From Pseudorhodobacter sp. (GTDB lineage Bacteria > Pseudomonadota > Alphaproteobacteria > Rhodobacterales > Rhodobacteraceae): a stretch of DNA of 64,000 nt. The DNA lies in assembly GCF_034675685.1 (NCBI RefSeq), contig NZ_JAUCDA010000013.1, positions 111,693 to 175,692 of the forward strand. Direction: 5' to 3'. Position 1 is the first letter of the stretch. Every line of letters starts with the position of its first letter. The notes beneath the pieces are model-generated. The model was not told the DNA's origin and searched no databases. It saw nothing but the letters and a program-made list of their open reading frames with translations. The position numbers were made by a program, and so were the translations under genes. Positions 44,030 to 52,560 of the stretch are shown here, in pieces.

Positions 44030-44103
44030 GGCGGGTGGGCAGGCAGGCTATGCACCGGATTGCAAATCCGAGTAGACCGGTTCGATTCCGGTACCCGCCT
44101 CCA
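44030..44103 (+). tRNA. tRNA-Cys (GCA)
   Basis: 74 nt. Acceptor GGCGGGT/ACCCGCC, anticodon loop TTGCAAA, T arm ACCGG-TTCGATT-CCGGT, discriminator T, encoded CCA, and the short 3-bp D stem usual for tRNA-Cys. Confidence 0.88.
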
Positions 44104-44382
44104 AAAGACCAGCCAACGTTTTGATTTTACAGTTTTTTGCAAATAAATCTTCCCAGCCGTTGAAAACCACTTTAACCCGCCCTTGAAAACACTCTGTTTT
44201 CGCTGTGCGCTTGTCCTGAAAGCTGAAAGACCGGGACAATCTGCCCGGCCTTCCCTTTGCATCGCCCGCGCCAACAGATCAGGGGCTGCCGTGCTGCCGG
44301 GGTTTTTCCATGTCTGCGGCACTGACCGGCTAATCCGCAGCCGCCTACTACCCCAGGGTACCCCGGCGGCTGGGGTTTCTTG

Positions 44383-44744
44383 TCAGGGCGCAAGCCCCAA
44401 GACCAAAGCCTTGACCGCCTCGGGGTTCGTCAAGGCACCGCCCACGCGACGGCGCACATACCAGCGCACAACGGCCAGCCCGCTGCGGTCGGCAATCCTA
44501 TAGGCTTGGTTAACGCCGCCAAACAGCGCCCCCACAACGCCATTGGCAAGCGCCGCGCATATCCCCCTCGGCCAGCGCCACCCGATAGCCTGGCAGGCGG
44601 CCCGGAATGGCCGCATAAGCACTGCCTTCGCCCGTCTGCATCCTTCGGCTTGCGCATCGCCCGCGTCATCATCCCCAGATACGGCGCTTTTGGCGTATCA
44701 CCCGTACCGGTCAGCAGATCGGCCCCAAGAGGCATGGCAGGCAA
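44383..44744 (-). pseudogene. possible decayed or indel-ridden gene of unknown family between the two tRNA genes
   Basis: Minus-strand ORFs 44430-44744 and 44383-44622 have host-like codon bias. They can be chained through frame changes as ...LLTGTGDTPKAPYLGMMTRAMRKPKDADG|GEGSAYAAIPGRLPGYRVALAEG|...ALANGVVGALFGGVNQAYRIADRSGLAVVRWYVRRRVGGALTNPEAVKALV. No family was recognised. Confidence 0.2.
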
Positions 44745-44975
44745 GTCAGCCCCCCCAGACCTGCATCAGGAAGGATGTTGTCCTGAAGAAAGTGGATAAT
44801 TCTTGTCCAGAAGCGGGAGCGCCGCAACACAGATTGCCGCAAATCCCGTTCATGCGACCCGTGACAAGAAAGCACCTGTTCAAGTCGTTGGTGATCGGCC
44901 GGGATCTATCAGCGCTATGACCGGGATCTTTGGTTAAGAGCCTGTTTTTGCGTGCTTGTCATCACTGTGTGAAAG

Positions 44976-45054
44976 TGGTGGCGAGGGGGGGGGACTCCAA
45001 CCCCCGACCCCACGATTATGAGTCGTGTGCTCTAACCAGCTGAGCTACCTCGCC
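44976..45054 (-). tRNA. tRNA-Met (CAT), elongator type, with atypical T arm
   Basis: Reverse complement is GGCGAGGTAGCTCAGCTGGTTAGAGCACACGACTCATAATCGTGGGGTCGGGGGTTGGAGTCCCCCCCCCTCGCCACCA. The cloverleaf is good, but the run is C9 where the fold needs 7. The T loop reads TTGGAGT, with G at the usually invariant C56. Confidence 0.8.
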
Positions 45055-45142
45055 ACTTAACGCGGCTGGTAAGGCGGCAAGCGCGAGGCGTCAAGAGGAA
45101 AACGATCCTGATGCTGCATTCATCTGCAATTTCGCCTCTGGT

Positions 45143-47212
45143 TCAGGTGATTTTATACCCGGTGCCACTTATGCCAGCGCTTCCCTCCTCGGTTGCTGGG
45201 CTGGGGTGGGCCACTCTGGGCCGCCCCGAGGCGGTGACGGTGATCGTTGCCTCAACGAACATCGCACGGCCCTCAACCTTGGCGCCGCGCTCATCCTGGT
45301 TGGTGGCAATCAGCAGCTCATCCGCGCCCGCAAGCCGTGCCCTTGCAATGGCATCGGCCGTCAGTGCCACCAGCATCGCGTCAATCGCGGCCTCTTTGCT
45401 GGAATAGCGTTCGGGGCCGTAGGTCATATGCGCGGTAAACTGCCCTTCGCCCGCCGAGGTCACCAGACCCGTTGCGCGCTGGCTGACCTGCCCGACCACG
45501 GCACCGATGGCATTGGCCACCCCGGAATGCTCTGGCAAAATCATCTGCGCGCCCAGCCGCACCCCCACAGCCCCATAATAAAACGGGGCCGAGGCCCCAA
45601 GCCCGATAATCGGCACGCCAACACGGGCCGAAAGCTCCATCACGCCGCGGTGTTGGTTCAGCGCGGCCTTCAGCATCGGGTGTTGGGCCAGGGTGTCACC
45701 ATCTTGCCCCTCAAAGGCGGCATCTTCCCCAAAAGCGGCCTCAAGCAGGCAGGTTGCGGTTTGTTCGGTCAACTGGTCGACAATCGCGCGGGCCAGCGTG
45801 GCGGCATCCCCGGCCATCCTGTCGCCGCGCCCATTGCGCCGCCGCGCCAGCAACCGCAGCGCCTTTTCCGCTGCCCCCGCATCCCAATCACTCAGCCCGC
45901 CCAGCACATGGCTGGCATCTGACGGCGTTACCCCCGCCAGCATCACAAGGCCCCGCGCCACCAGCCGTTCCATCGCCGCCACTTCCAGCCGCGAGGTAAG
46001 CGCGGCCGCCAAAGCCATCGGATGCGTGATACGCGCCAGCAAGGCCGCCTCACGCGGGGTCAGCCCCGCCGGTTCAAACCCCATCGGAATCACAAAACGA
46101 CCGTCATGCTCTCCCACCGATTCCATGCCCAGCGCCCGGTCAAGCGCGTCATGCACCATCGCGCCATGGTCTACCGCCAGCAGCGACACGGGGATCAATC
46201 GGCGCGGCCCAAGGCGAAACCCGCCCTCCAGCCCTGTCAAAATCAGATGCGCCTCGCTATCGCCGCCAAGGCCGGTGGTGCGCATCGCAACCGCCTCAAC
46301 CATGGTGCGATAGCCACCAACCCTTGCGCCCAAGGGGTCAATTTCAGGCAAGCCGCCCTTTAGCATGGCAATATCGGTCGTGGTGCCGCCAATATCGGAT
46401 ACCAGCGCATCTGTCGCCCCCGTCAGCCAGCGCGCCCCGACAATGGATGCGGCCGGGCCCGACAGAATCGTCTCGATCGGGCGCTCACGGACCATTGCCG
46501 CCGAAATCAGCGCGCCATCCCCGCGCACGACCATCAAGGGGGCATCAATCCCGCGCTTTTTCACATGGCTTTCGCAGGCGGCCACCAGCCGGTCAATCAT
46601 CCCGATCAGCCGCGCGTTCAGCACCGCGGTCAGCGCCCGCTTTGGCCCGTTCAGGTTGGCCGACAGTTCATGCGAGCAGGTCACAGGGCGCCCCGTCACC
46701 CGGCGGATGATATCGCGTGCGGCCAGTTCATGCGTGGGGTTTCGCGTGGCAAAGCGCGCGGCCACGGCAAAGCCCATTACATGATGTTCGGCCAGCGCCG
46801 CCTCTAGCCCGGCAGCATCAAAGGCGGCTGCCTCTTGGCCCGCATGGCTATGCCCGCCCGCCAGCCGGATCACCGGGTCACCGCCCAGTGCCTCACTCAG
46901 CCCGCCCCGCTCCAGATCGCCCTCATCAAAGCCGATGAACACCAGCGCCACGCGCCCGCCCTGCCCTTCCACCAGCGCATTGGTGGCCAGCGTGGTTGAC
47001 AGCGACACCATCGCCACATCGCCCGGCGCAATTCCGGCAAACTCAAGCGCGGCATCAACCGCGCGGCCAATTCCCAGCGACAGGTCTTGTCGGGTGGTCA
47101 GTGATTTGGCCTTGCCCAGCACGCGGTCGGTTGCATCGTCAAGAATCACGGCATCCGTATAGGTTCCGCCAGTATCAACACCCAGAAAAAGGCTCATTGC
47201 CGTCCAATCCAT
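45143..47212 (-). CDS. hydantoinase/oxoprolinase family protein (HyuA-like, stand-alone)
   Basis: 689 aa with an N-terminal ASKHA-fold motif LGVDTGGTYTDAVI and later DIGGTTTDIA. No hyuB-like partner lies nearby. Confidence 0.85.
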   Translation of the reverse strand: MDWTAMSLFLGVDTGGTYTDAVILDDATDRVLGKAKSLTTRQDLSLGIGRAVDAALEFAGIAPGDVAMVSLSTTLATNALVEGQGGRVALVFIGFDEGDLERGGLSEALGGDPVIRLAGGHSHAGQEAAAFDAAGLEAALAEHHVMGFAVAARFATRNPTHELAARDIIRRVTGRPVTCSHELSANLNGPKRALTAVLNARLIGMIDRLVAACESHVKKRGIDAPLMVVRGDGALISAAMVRERPIETILSGPAASIVGARWLTGATDALVSDIGGTTTDIAMLKGGLPEIDPLGARVGGYRTMVEAVAMRTTGLGGDSEAHLILTGLEGGFRLGPRRLIPVSLLAVDHGAMVHDALDRALGMESVGEHDGRFVIPMGFEPAGLTPREAALLARITHPMALAAALTSRLEVAAMERLVARGLVMLAGVTPSDASHVLGGLSDWDAGAAEKALRLLARRRNGRGDRMAGDAATLARAIVDQLTEQTATCLLEAAFGEDAAFEGQDGDTLAQHPMLKAALNQHRGVMELSARVGVPIIGLGASAPFYYGAVGVRLGAQMILPEHSGVANAIGAVVGQVSQRATGLVTSAGEGQFTAHMTYGPERYSSKEAAIDAMLVALTADAIARARLAGADELLIATNQDERGAKVEGRAMFVEATITVTASGRPRVAHPSPATEEGSAGISGTGYKIT

Positions 47213-47307
47213 TTGTCACCCGCAGCATCGGGCCCTTGCGCGATGTAAGACAGATTCCGGTGGCTTGCCCAGCCTCATGCGACCGAATTCGCCTGGTTGC
47301 GCCAGAT

Positions 47308-48600
47308 TCAGCCGTGTCTTTTGCGGCGATGGGCCGGCGGGATTTCCAGCAAGGCACGATATTTGGCAACGGTACGCCGCGCCAGGGGCGACCCCGGTGA
47401 TGACAAGGCCTCGGCCAGGGCTTGATCGCTTAGCGGTTGCGCCCGGTTCTCATCGCGAACCAGCCGCAGCAACTTTGCCCGCAGCGCCCCCGAGGCAACG
47501 CCGCCTTCGCCGCCCACAGGGGCGGTGAACAGCGCCCGCAGCCAGACCGTGCCGCGCGGAGCATCCACCGATACCCCGGCTATGGTGCGGCTGATGGTGC
47601 TGACATGCAGATCAAGCGCCGTGGCCACCTCTTGCATGGTCATCGGCTGCAACACCTCCAGCCCCTGCGTCAAAACCCGTTCCTGCCGCTTCAGGATCGC
47701 TTGCGCCACGCGCAGCAGGGTCTGATTGCGATTGGTCACAATACGCTGCAATTCTCGGGCCGCAGCCAGTGCCTTGGCATCGGCGCTGGCACGCGTGGGC
47801 GCGGTGGTGATCTGAACATCGGGCAGCGCCGATCGGTTCAGGCTGACCACCCAGCCCGTTGCCCCGCGTGACACCGCCAGATCCGGCTCGCGGACCAGCG
47901 CGGCATCCTGGCCGAATTGCGCCCCCGGCTTTGGGTCAAAGCTGCGGATCACCCGCAAACAGGCCATCACCTCGGCCTCGGGCACCGCGCAAAACCTGGC
48001 CAACCGGGCCATATCCCCTGCCGCCAGTACATCCAGATGCGCCAGAACGCAGGCCATCACGGGGTCATAACAATCCCTTTCAATCGCCTGCAATTGCAGA
48101 CACTCGGCCAGGGATCGTGCAAAAACTCCTGTCGGCTCAATGGTTTGCAGCCGCTTCAAAACGCGCTCGGCATCGTCAACGCCAAACCCTGCCTCTGCCG
48201 CAATCGCCGCAAGCGGGCGGCCAAGCCAGCCGGACGGTTCCAATGCCTGCACCAGGGCAAAGGCGATTTCGCGCTCGGCCATTGTCGTCACCACATGGTC
48301 GATCTCACGCGTGACATGGGCGATCAGGCCCAGGGCTGGCGCTTGCAGCATCGCGCCAATGTCGTGGCTGCCGGTTTGCCCCATGGTTTGCGCCGCAAAG
48401 GCCGTGGTCCAGCGCGGCAACCATATCATCGGGTCCATCGGCGGCGGGCCCAGCGCCAGATGCGGGTTCTGCCCGGCCTGTTCCTCCAGATAGCGGGTCA
48501 ACCCTGTGGCATCCAAGTGCAAAACCCGGATAGAGGTTGTCAGCGAGGTATTCAGCCCCAGCTTTTGTTTCAGGGAAAGGCGGGCGGTCTGGCGTGGCAT
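47308..48600 (-). CDS. rpoN: RNA polymerase sigma-54 factor, paralog outside the lptB-rpoN-hpf context
   Basis: Start ATG 48600 (MPRQTARLSLKQKLGLNTSLTTSIRVLHL, region I-like). HTH MTMQEVATALDLHVSTISR and RpoN box LARRTVAKYRALLEIP are present. About 430 aa. Confidence 0.85.
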   Translation of the reverse strand: MPRQTARLSLKQKLGLNTSLTTSIRVLHLDATGLTRYLEEQAGQNPHLALGPPPMDPMIWLPRWTTAFAAQTMGQTGSHDIGAMLQAPALGLIAHVTREIDHVVTTMAEREIAFALVQALEPSGWLGRPLAAIAAEAGFGVDDAERVLKRLQTIEPTGVFARSLAECLQLQAIERDCYDPVMACVLAHLDVLAAGDMARLARFCAVPEAEVMACLRVIRSFDPKPGAQFGQDAALVREPDLAVSRGATGWVVSLNRSALPDVQITTAPTRASADAKALAAARELQRIVTNRNQTLLRVAQAILKRQERVLTQGLEVLQPMTMQEVATALDLHVSTISRTIAGVSVDAPRGTVWLRALFTAPVGGEGGVASGALRAKLLRLVRDENRAQPLSDQALAEALSSPGSPLARRTVAKYRALLEIPPAHRRKRHG

Positions 48601-48733
48601 GACGGGCCTTTCCTGGCCAAAGGACGATTGGGCAAACCTAGCCCGTGACCACAGGTCACGCAACTGTGGTCTGCTTTGCTATCGCCTTCGGCCCCAGCGA
48701 AAGCTAGGGTTTGCCCAACCCGCCAGCCCACAG

Positions 48734-50956
48734 ATGAAACCGAGGCCCCGATGCACGCCCCCCCCATGGCCCCAATTGCGCGACCTGTTGCTGATCGGCG
48801 GTGGCCATGCCCATGCGTTGATTTTGCGCAAATGGGGGATGCAGCCCCAAGCCGGCACCCGCATCACGGTCATCAATCCCGGCCCGGTTGCCCCCTATAC
48901 CGGCATGCTTCCCGGCCATATCGCCGGCCATTATGCGCGGGCCGAAATGATGATTGATCTGGTGCGGCTTGGCCGCTTTGCGGGCGCGCGCGTCATTCTT
49001 GGCCGCGCCGCAGGGCTGGACCGCACAGCGCAGCAGGTGATTTTGCACGATGGCCGCCGCTTGCGCTATGATGTTGCCTCAATAGATATCGGTATCGCGT
49101 CAAACCTGCCGGATCTGGCCGGGTTTGACGATCACGCAGTCGCGGCAAAGCCGCTTGGCGGCTATGCCGAACGCTGGGAAGACTTTGTCGTAACCGCGCC
49201 GCAAACGCCCCATGTGGTGATCATTGGCGCAGGCGTGGGCGGGGCAGAGCTTGCCATGGCCTCGGCGCATCGGTTACAGCACAGCGGGCGCAAACCGCAT
49301 ATCACCTTGCTGGACCGGGCCGCTACCGCCTTGCCCAACATTGGCGCTGGCGCCCGTGCAGCCCTTTTGGCGCAGCTTGCGCATTACAATATCACGCTGA
49401 TGACCGGGGTGGAACCGGCGCAGGTTTGCGCCACGGGCGTCACCTTGACCAATGGCCAAACCCTGCCGTCGGATTTCACGCTGTCAGTGGCCGGGGCCCA
49501 GCCGCAGGCATGGCTGCAAGACATCGGGCTGGGCCTGCATCAGGGCTTTGTTACCGTGTCGCCAACCTTGCAAAGCAGCGATCCGCTTGTCTTTGCCGTC
49601 GGCGATTGCGCCCATATGGGCTATGCGCCGCGCCCCAAGGCGGGGGTGTTTGCCGTACGTCAGGCCCCGGTTTTGTTCCATAATCTGCGCGCAACCCTGT
49701 CGGGCGCGCCGCTGCGCCGCTACCAGCCGCAGCGTGACTACCTCAAACTCATCTCGGCCGGGCGAAACCATGCCGTCGCCGACAAGCTTGGCTTGCGGCT
49801 TGAAGGGGCGTGGCTTTGGCATTGGAAAGACCGGATTGACCGGAAATTCATGGCGAAATTCGCGGAATATCCAGTGATGCCCGCGGCCAGGCCGCCGAAA
49901 GAGGCCGTGCAAGGACTGGCCGAGGCGCTGGGCGAAAAGCCGCTTTGCGGTGGGTGTGGGGCCAAGGTGGGGGGCGGCACGCTTGCCGCCGCGCTGCGCC
50001 GATTGCCCGCGCCCAAACGCGCTGATGTTCTGTCCGGTCCGGGCGATGATGCGGGCATCATAAGCCTTGGCAAAGGGCAAGGGGTGCAGGTGCTGACCAC
50101 CGACCACCTGCGCGCCTTTACCAATGACGCCGCCCTGATGGCGCGTATTACCGCCATTCACGCCTTGGGTGATATCTGGGCCATGGGGGCGCAGCCGCAA
50201 TCGGCGCTGTCACAAATCACCCTGCCGCGTCTGGGGCCAGACCTGCAAGCCGAAATGCTGGCGGAGATTTTGACTGCCGCTGCCGAAGTGTTTGGCGCTG
50301 CGGGGGCGGATATTCTGGGGGGGCACAGCGCGCTCGGGGGCGAATTGACAATCGGGTTTTCCATCACTGGTCTTGCGCAAAACCCTGTCCGCAAGGCAGG
50401 CGCCGGGCCCGGTGCGGCCATTATCCTGACCAAGCCAATCGGCACCGGCACCATTCTTGCCGCCGAAATGGCCGCCACACGCCTGCCCGACACGTTACTG
50501 GGAGAGGTGGTGACAACCTGCTTTGCCTCTATGCTGCGCCCGCTTGCCACAGCCTCGGAAATTCTGGCGCCGCATGCCACCGCGATGACCGATGTGACCG
50601 GCTTTGGCCTTGCCGGGCATTTGCTGGAAATGCTGACAGGTGCCAGCCTTGGCGCGACCATCGACCTGCGCGCTGTGCCGATCTTGCCGGGTGCCGAGGC
50701 GCTTGCGGCGATGGGCATTGCCTCCAGCATAGCGCCCGCCAATCGCGCGCTGTGCCTTGGCCGCATCAACGCCCCCAACACGCCGCGGGCCGCTTTGCTG
50801 TACGATCCGCAAACCGCAGGCGGGTTGCTTGCCATTGTGCCACAGGCACAGGCGCAGGCGCAGGCGGTGCTAAGCGCCCTGCAAGCCGCAGGCGAAGCCG
50901 CCGCGATTATCGGCACCGTGCACCCCGGCCCGGTAATGCTGCGGGTTGCGGGCTAG
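48734..50956 (+). CDS. selD: bifunctional FAD-dependent pyridine-nucleotide-disulfide oxidoreductase / selenide, water dikinase fusion
   Basis: The N-terminal ~400 aa carry Rossmann LLLIGGGHAHAL and a second VVIIGAGVGGAE. The C-terminal half is SelD with CGGCGAKVGGG (catalytic Cys and Lys spaced like E. coli Cys17/Lys20), GDDAGII and AIR-synthase-like domains. The start at ATG 48734 is tentative. Confidence 0.88.
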   Translation: MKPRPRCTPPPWPQLRDLLLIGGGHAHALILRKWGMQPQAGTRITVINPGPVAPYTGMLPGHIAGHYARAEMMIDLVRLGRFAGARVILGRAAGLDRTAQQVILHDGRRLRYDVASIDIGIASNLPDLAGFDDHAVAAKPLGGYAERWEDFVVTAPQTPHVVIIGAGVGGAELAMASAHRLQHSGRKPHITLLDRAATALPNIGAGARAALLAQLAHYNITLMTGVEPAQVCATGVTLTNGQTLPSDFTLSVAGAQPQAWLQDIGLGLHQGFVTVSPTLQSSDPLVFAVGDCAHMGYAPRPKAGVFAVRQAPVLFHNLRATLSGAPLRRYQPQRDYLKLISAGRNHAVADKLGLRLEGAWLWHWKDRIDRKFMAKFAEYPVMPAARPPKEAVQGLAEALGEKPLCGGCGAKVGGGTLAAALRRLPAPKRADVLSGPGDDAGIISLGKGQGVQVLTTDHLRAFTNDAALMARITAIHALGDIWAMGAQPQSALSQITLPRLGPDLQAEMLAEILTAAAEVFGAAGADILGGHSALGGELTIGFSITGLAQNPVRKAGAGPGAAIILTKPIGTGTILAAEMAATRLPDTLLGEVVTTCFASMLRPLATASEILAPHATAMTDVTGFGLAGHLLEMLTGASLGATIDLRAVPILPGAEALAAMGIASSIAPANRALCLGRINAPNTPRAALLYDPQTAGGLLAIVPQAQAQAQAVLSALQAAGEAAAIIGTVHPGPVMLRVAG

Positions 50957-51072
50957 ACTGTGTTGCGTTTTATCAGGTTCATGTTTTCAGCCACGGCCCC
51001 GAGACAGCGTTTGCAGGGGCAGAACGCGTTCGGGGTCGGGGCTGAATGCAATTATGTGCAACACGCTTCAGG

Positions 51073-51984
51073 CTAGGGGCGCGACAAACACGCGGCCAAA
51101 ACGGTTGCCAGCCCCAGCATCAAATCGCCATAGAGCGCCGGTCCGGGCGTCAGGCTGCTGCCCTCGGGGTCCAGCGCCCCGCCCAAATGCAGCCCAACCG
51201 CTTCGGCCATCTGCCGCGCACTGCTGTCATCATGATTGGCCTCGGGGAAAATGCACACGGCCCCCTCGGCCAGTAGCGCCGTTTGCAGGCCCGTCAGATG
51301 CGCAGCCCCCGGCATCGCCGCATCGCCGGTCCGCAAACTGCCAACAATCTGCAAGCCGAAATGGTCGGCGAAATACCCATAGGCATCATGGGTCACGGCA
51401 AAGGGGCGCCCCTTCACAGGGGCCAGAATTGCCGCGATCTCGGCCTCTATTGTGGCGATCTGCGCCTGGGCTGCATCCGCATTCGCCTGATAAACCGCTG
51501 CCTGCGTCGGGTCTGCGATGGCCAGGGCGTCTGCGATCACCCGCAGCCAGATCTGCGCGTTTGCCGGCTCCAGCCAGGCATGCGGGTCCAGCCCCTCATG
51601 CAGGTGGTCGTGTGATGTGTGGTCATGGCCTGCGGCCGCATTTTCGCCTTCAAACCCGCGCCTGACCACCTGCGGGGCATCAAGCAACGCCACCGCCGCG
51701 CCATTGCCCCCCCCCATCAGCGCCCGCCCCAGCCAGGGTGTCATTTCAGGCCCCACCCAGATCACCAGATCCGCCGCCGCCAATGCCCGCGCCTGGCTGG
51801 GCCGCAACTGAAAATCATGGGCATCGGCACCTTGCGGCAGCAACAGCCCCGGCGCGCCTGTGTCGCCCATCACCATCGCCACCAAAGCCTGCACCGGAGC
51901 AATATCAACCACCACCTTGGGCGCATCGGCCAAAGCGGCCTGCCCCCAGGCCAAAACTAAAAGGGCTGTAAAAAATCTGCACAT
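51073..51984 (-). CDS. znuA: zinc ABC transporter substrate-binding protein
   Basis: 303 aa with a signal peptide, a His-rich loop AAGHDHTSHDHLHEGLDPHAW and the ZnuA/TroA fold pattern. Confidence 0.9.
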   Translation of the reverse strand: MCRFFTALLVLAWGQAALADAPKVVVDIAPVQALVAMVMGDTGAPGLLLPQGADAHDFQLRPSQARALAAADLVIWVGPEMTPWLGRALMGGGNGAAVALLDAPQVVRRGFEGENAAAGHDHTSHDHLHEGLDPHAWLEPANAQIWLRVIADALAIADPTQAAVYQANADAAQAQIATIEAEIAAILAPVKGRPFAVTHDAYGYFADHFGLQIVGSLRTGDAAMPGAAHLTGLQTALLAEGAVCIFPEANHDDSSARQMAEAVGLHLGGALDPEGSSLTPGPALYGDLMLGLATVLAACLSRP

Positions 51985-52024
51985 GCGGGGACTCCTGTCT
52001 TGTGAATGCGGCGGCCATACAGTA

Positions 52025-52039
52025 TGTTATACTATAACA
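52025..52039. promoter_or_regulatory. Zur box in the znuA / zur-znuCB divergent promoter region
   Basis: Perfect palindrome TGTTATAcTATAACA. It matches the core of the ATGTTATA-N-TATAACAT Zur operator. It lies 41 nt from the znuA start and 15 nt upstream of the zur ATG. Confidence 0.8.
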
Positions 52040-52053
52040 AGTCAAGGTGTGAA

Positions 52054-52560
52054 ATGTCTCCTCCCCCCAACGCGTTCCATACACATGATCACAGCCGCTG
52101 CGCCGATACAGGGATCGCACGGGCCGAGGCGCTTTTGGCTGAACGCAACCTTCGCCTTACCGCGGTTCGCCGCCAAACCCTGCAAATCTTACTGGCCGAG
52201 CATCGCGCCTTGGGGGCCTATGACGTGCTGGAACGGCTTGCGGCTGCCGGGTTTGGCAACCAGCCGCCCGTTGCCTATCGCGCGCTGGAATTTCTTGTGG
52301 AACAGGGGCTGGCCCACAAGGTCCGCCGCCTTAACGCCTTTGCCGCCTGCATGCATCCCGAAACCGATCACGCCCCGGTTTTCCTGATTTGTCGGGGGTG
52401 CGATGCCTTGGCCGAAACCGCGGGCGGCCCCGTCCGTGATGCGTTGAATACCGCCGCAAAATCCATCGGCTTTACGGTCGAACGGACCAGCATCGAGGCT
52501 CTGGGCCTTTGCCCCGCCTGCACGCCACCCTGCACCTTGGCCAGCGGGACCACGGTATGA
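52054..52560 (+). CDS. zur: Fur-family zinc uptake regulator
   Basis: ATG 52054 (MSPPPNAFHTHDHSRC...). Winged helix QTLQILLAEHRALGAYDVLERL, CxxC pairs ICRGC and CPAC. The stop overlaps the znuC start (ATGA 52557-52560). Confidence 0.88.
   Translation: MSPPPNAFHTHDHSRCADTGIARAEALLAERNLRLTAVRRQTLQILLAEHRALGAYDVLERLAAAGFGNQPPVAYRALEFLVEQGLAHKVRRLNAFAACMHPETDHAPVFLICRGCDALAETAGGPVRDALNTAAKSIGFTVERTSIEALGLCPACTPPCTLASGTTV

Noticed and set aside
44104-44975. Genomic island or prophage remnant at the tRNA-Cys / tRNA-Met pair
   Set aside because: There is no integrase, excisionase or transposase ORF. I found no duplicated tRNA 3' segment to act as an att repeat. The interval is under 1 kb. Retained only as an unassigned region.
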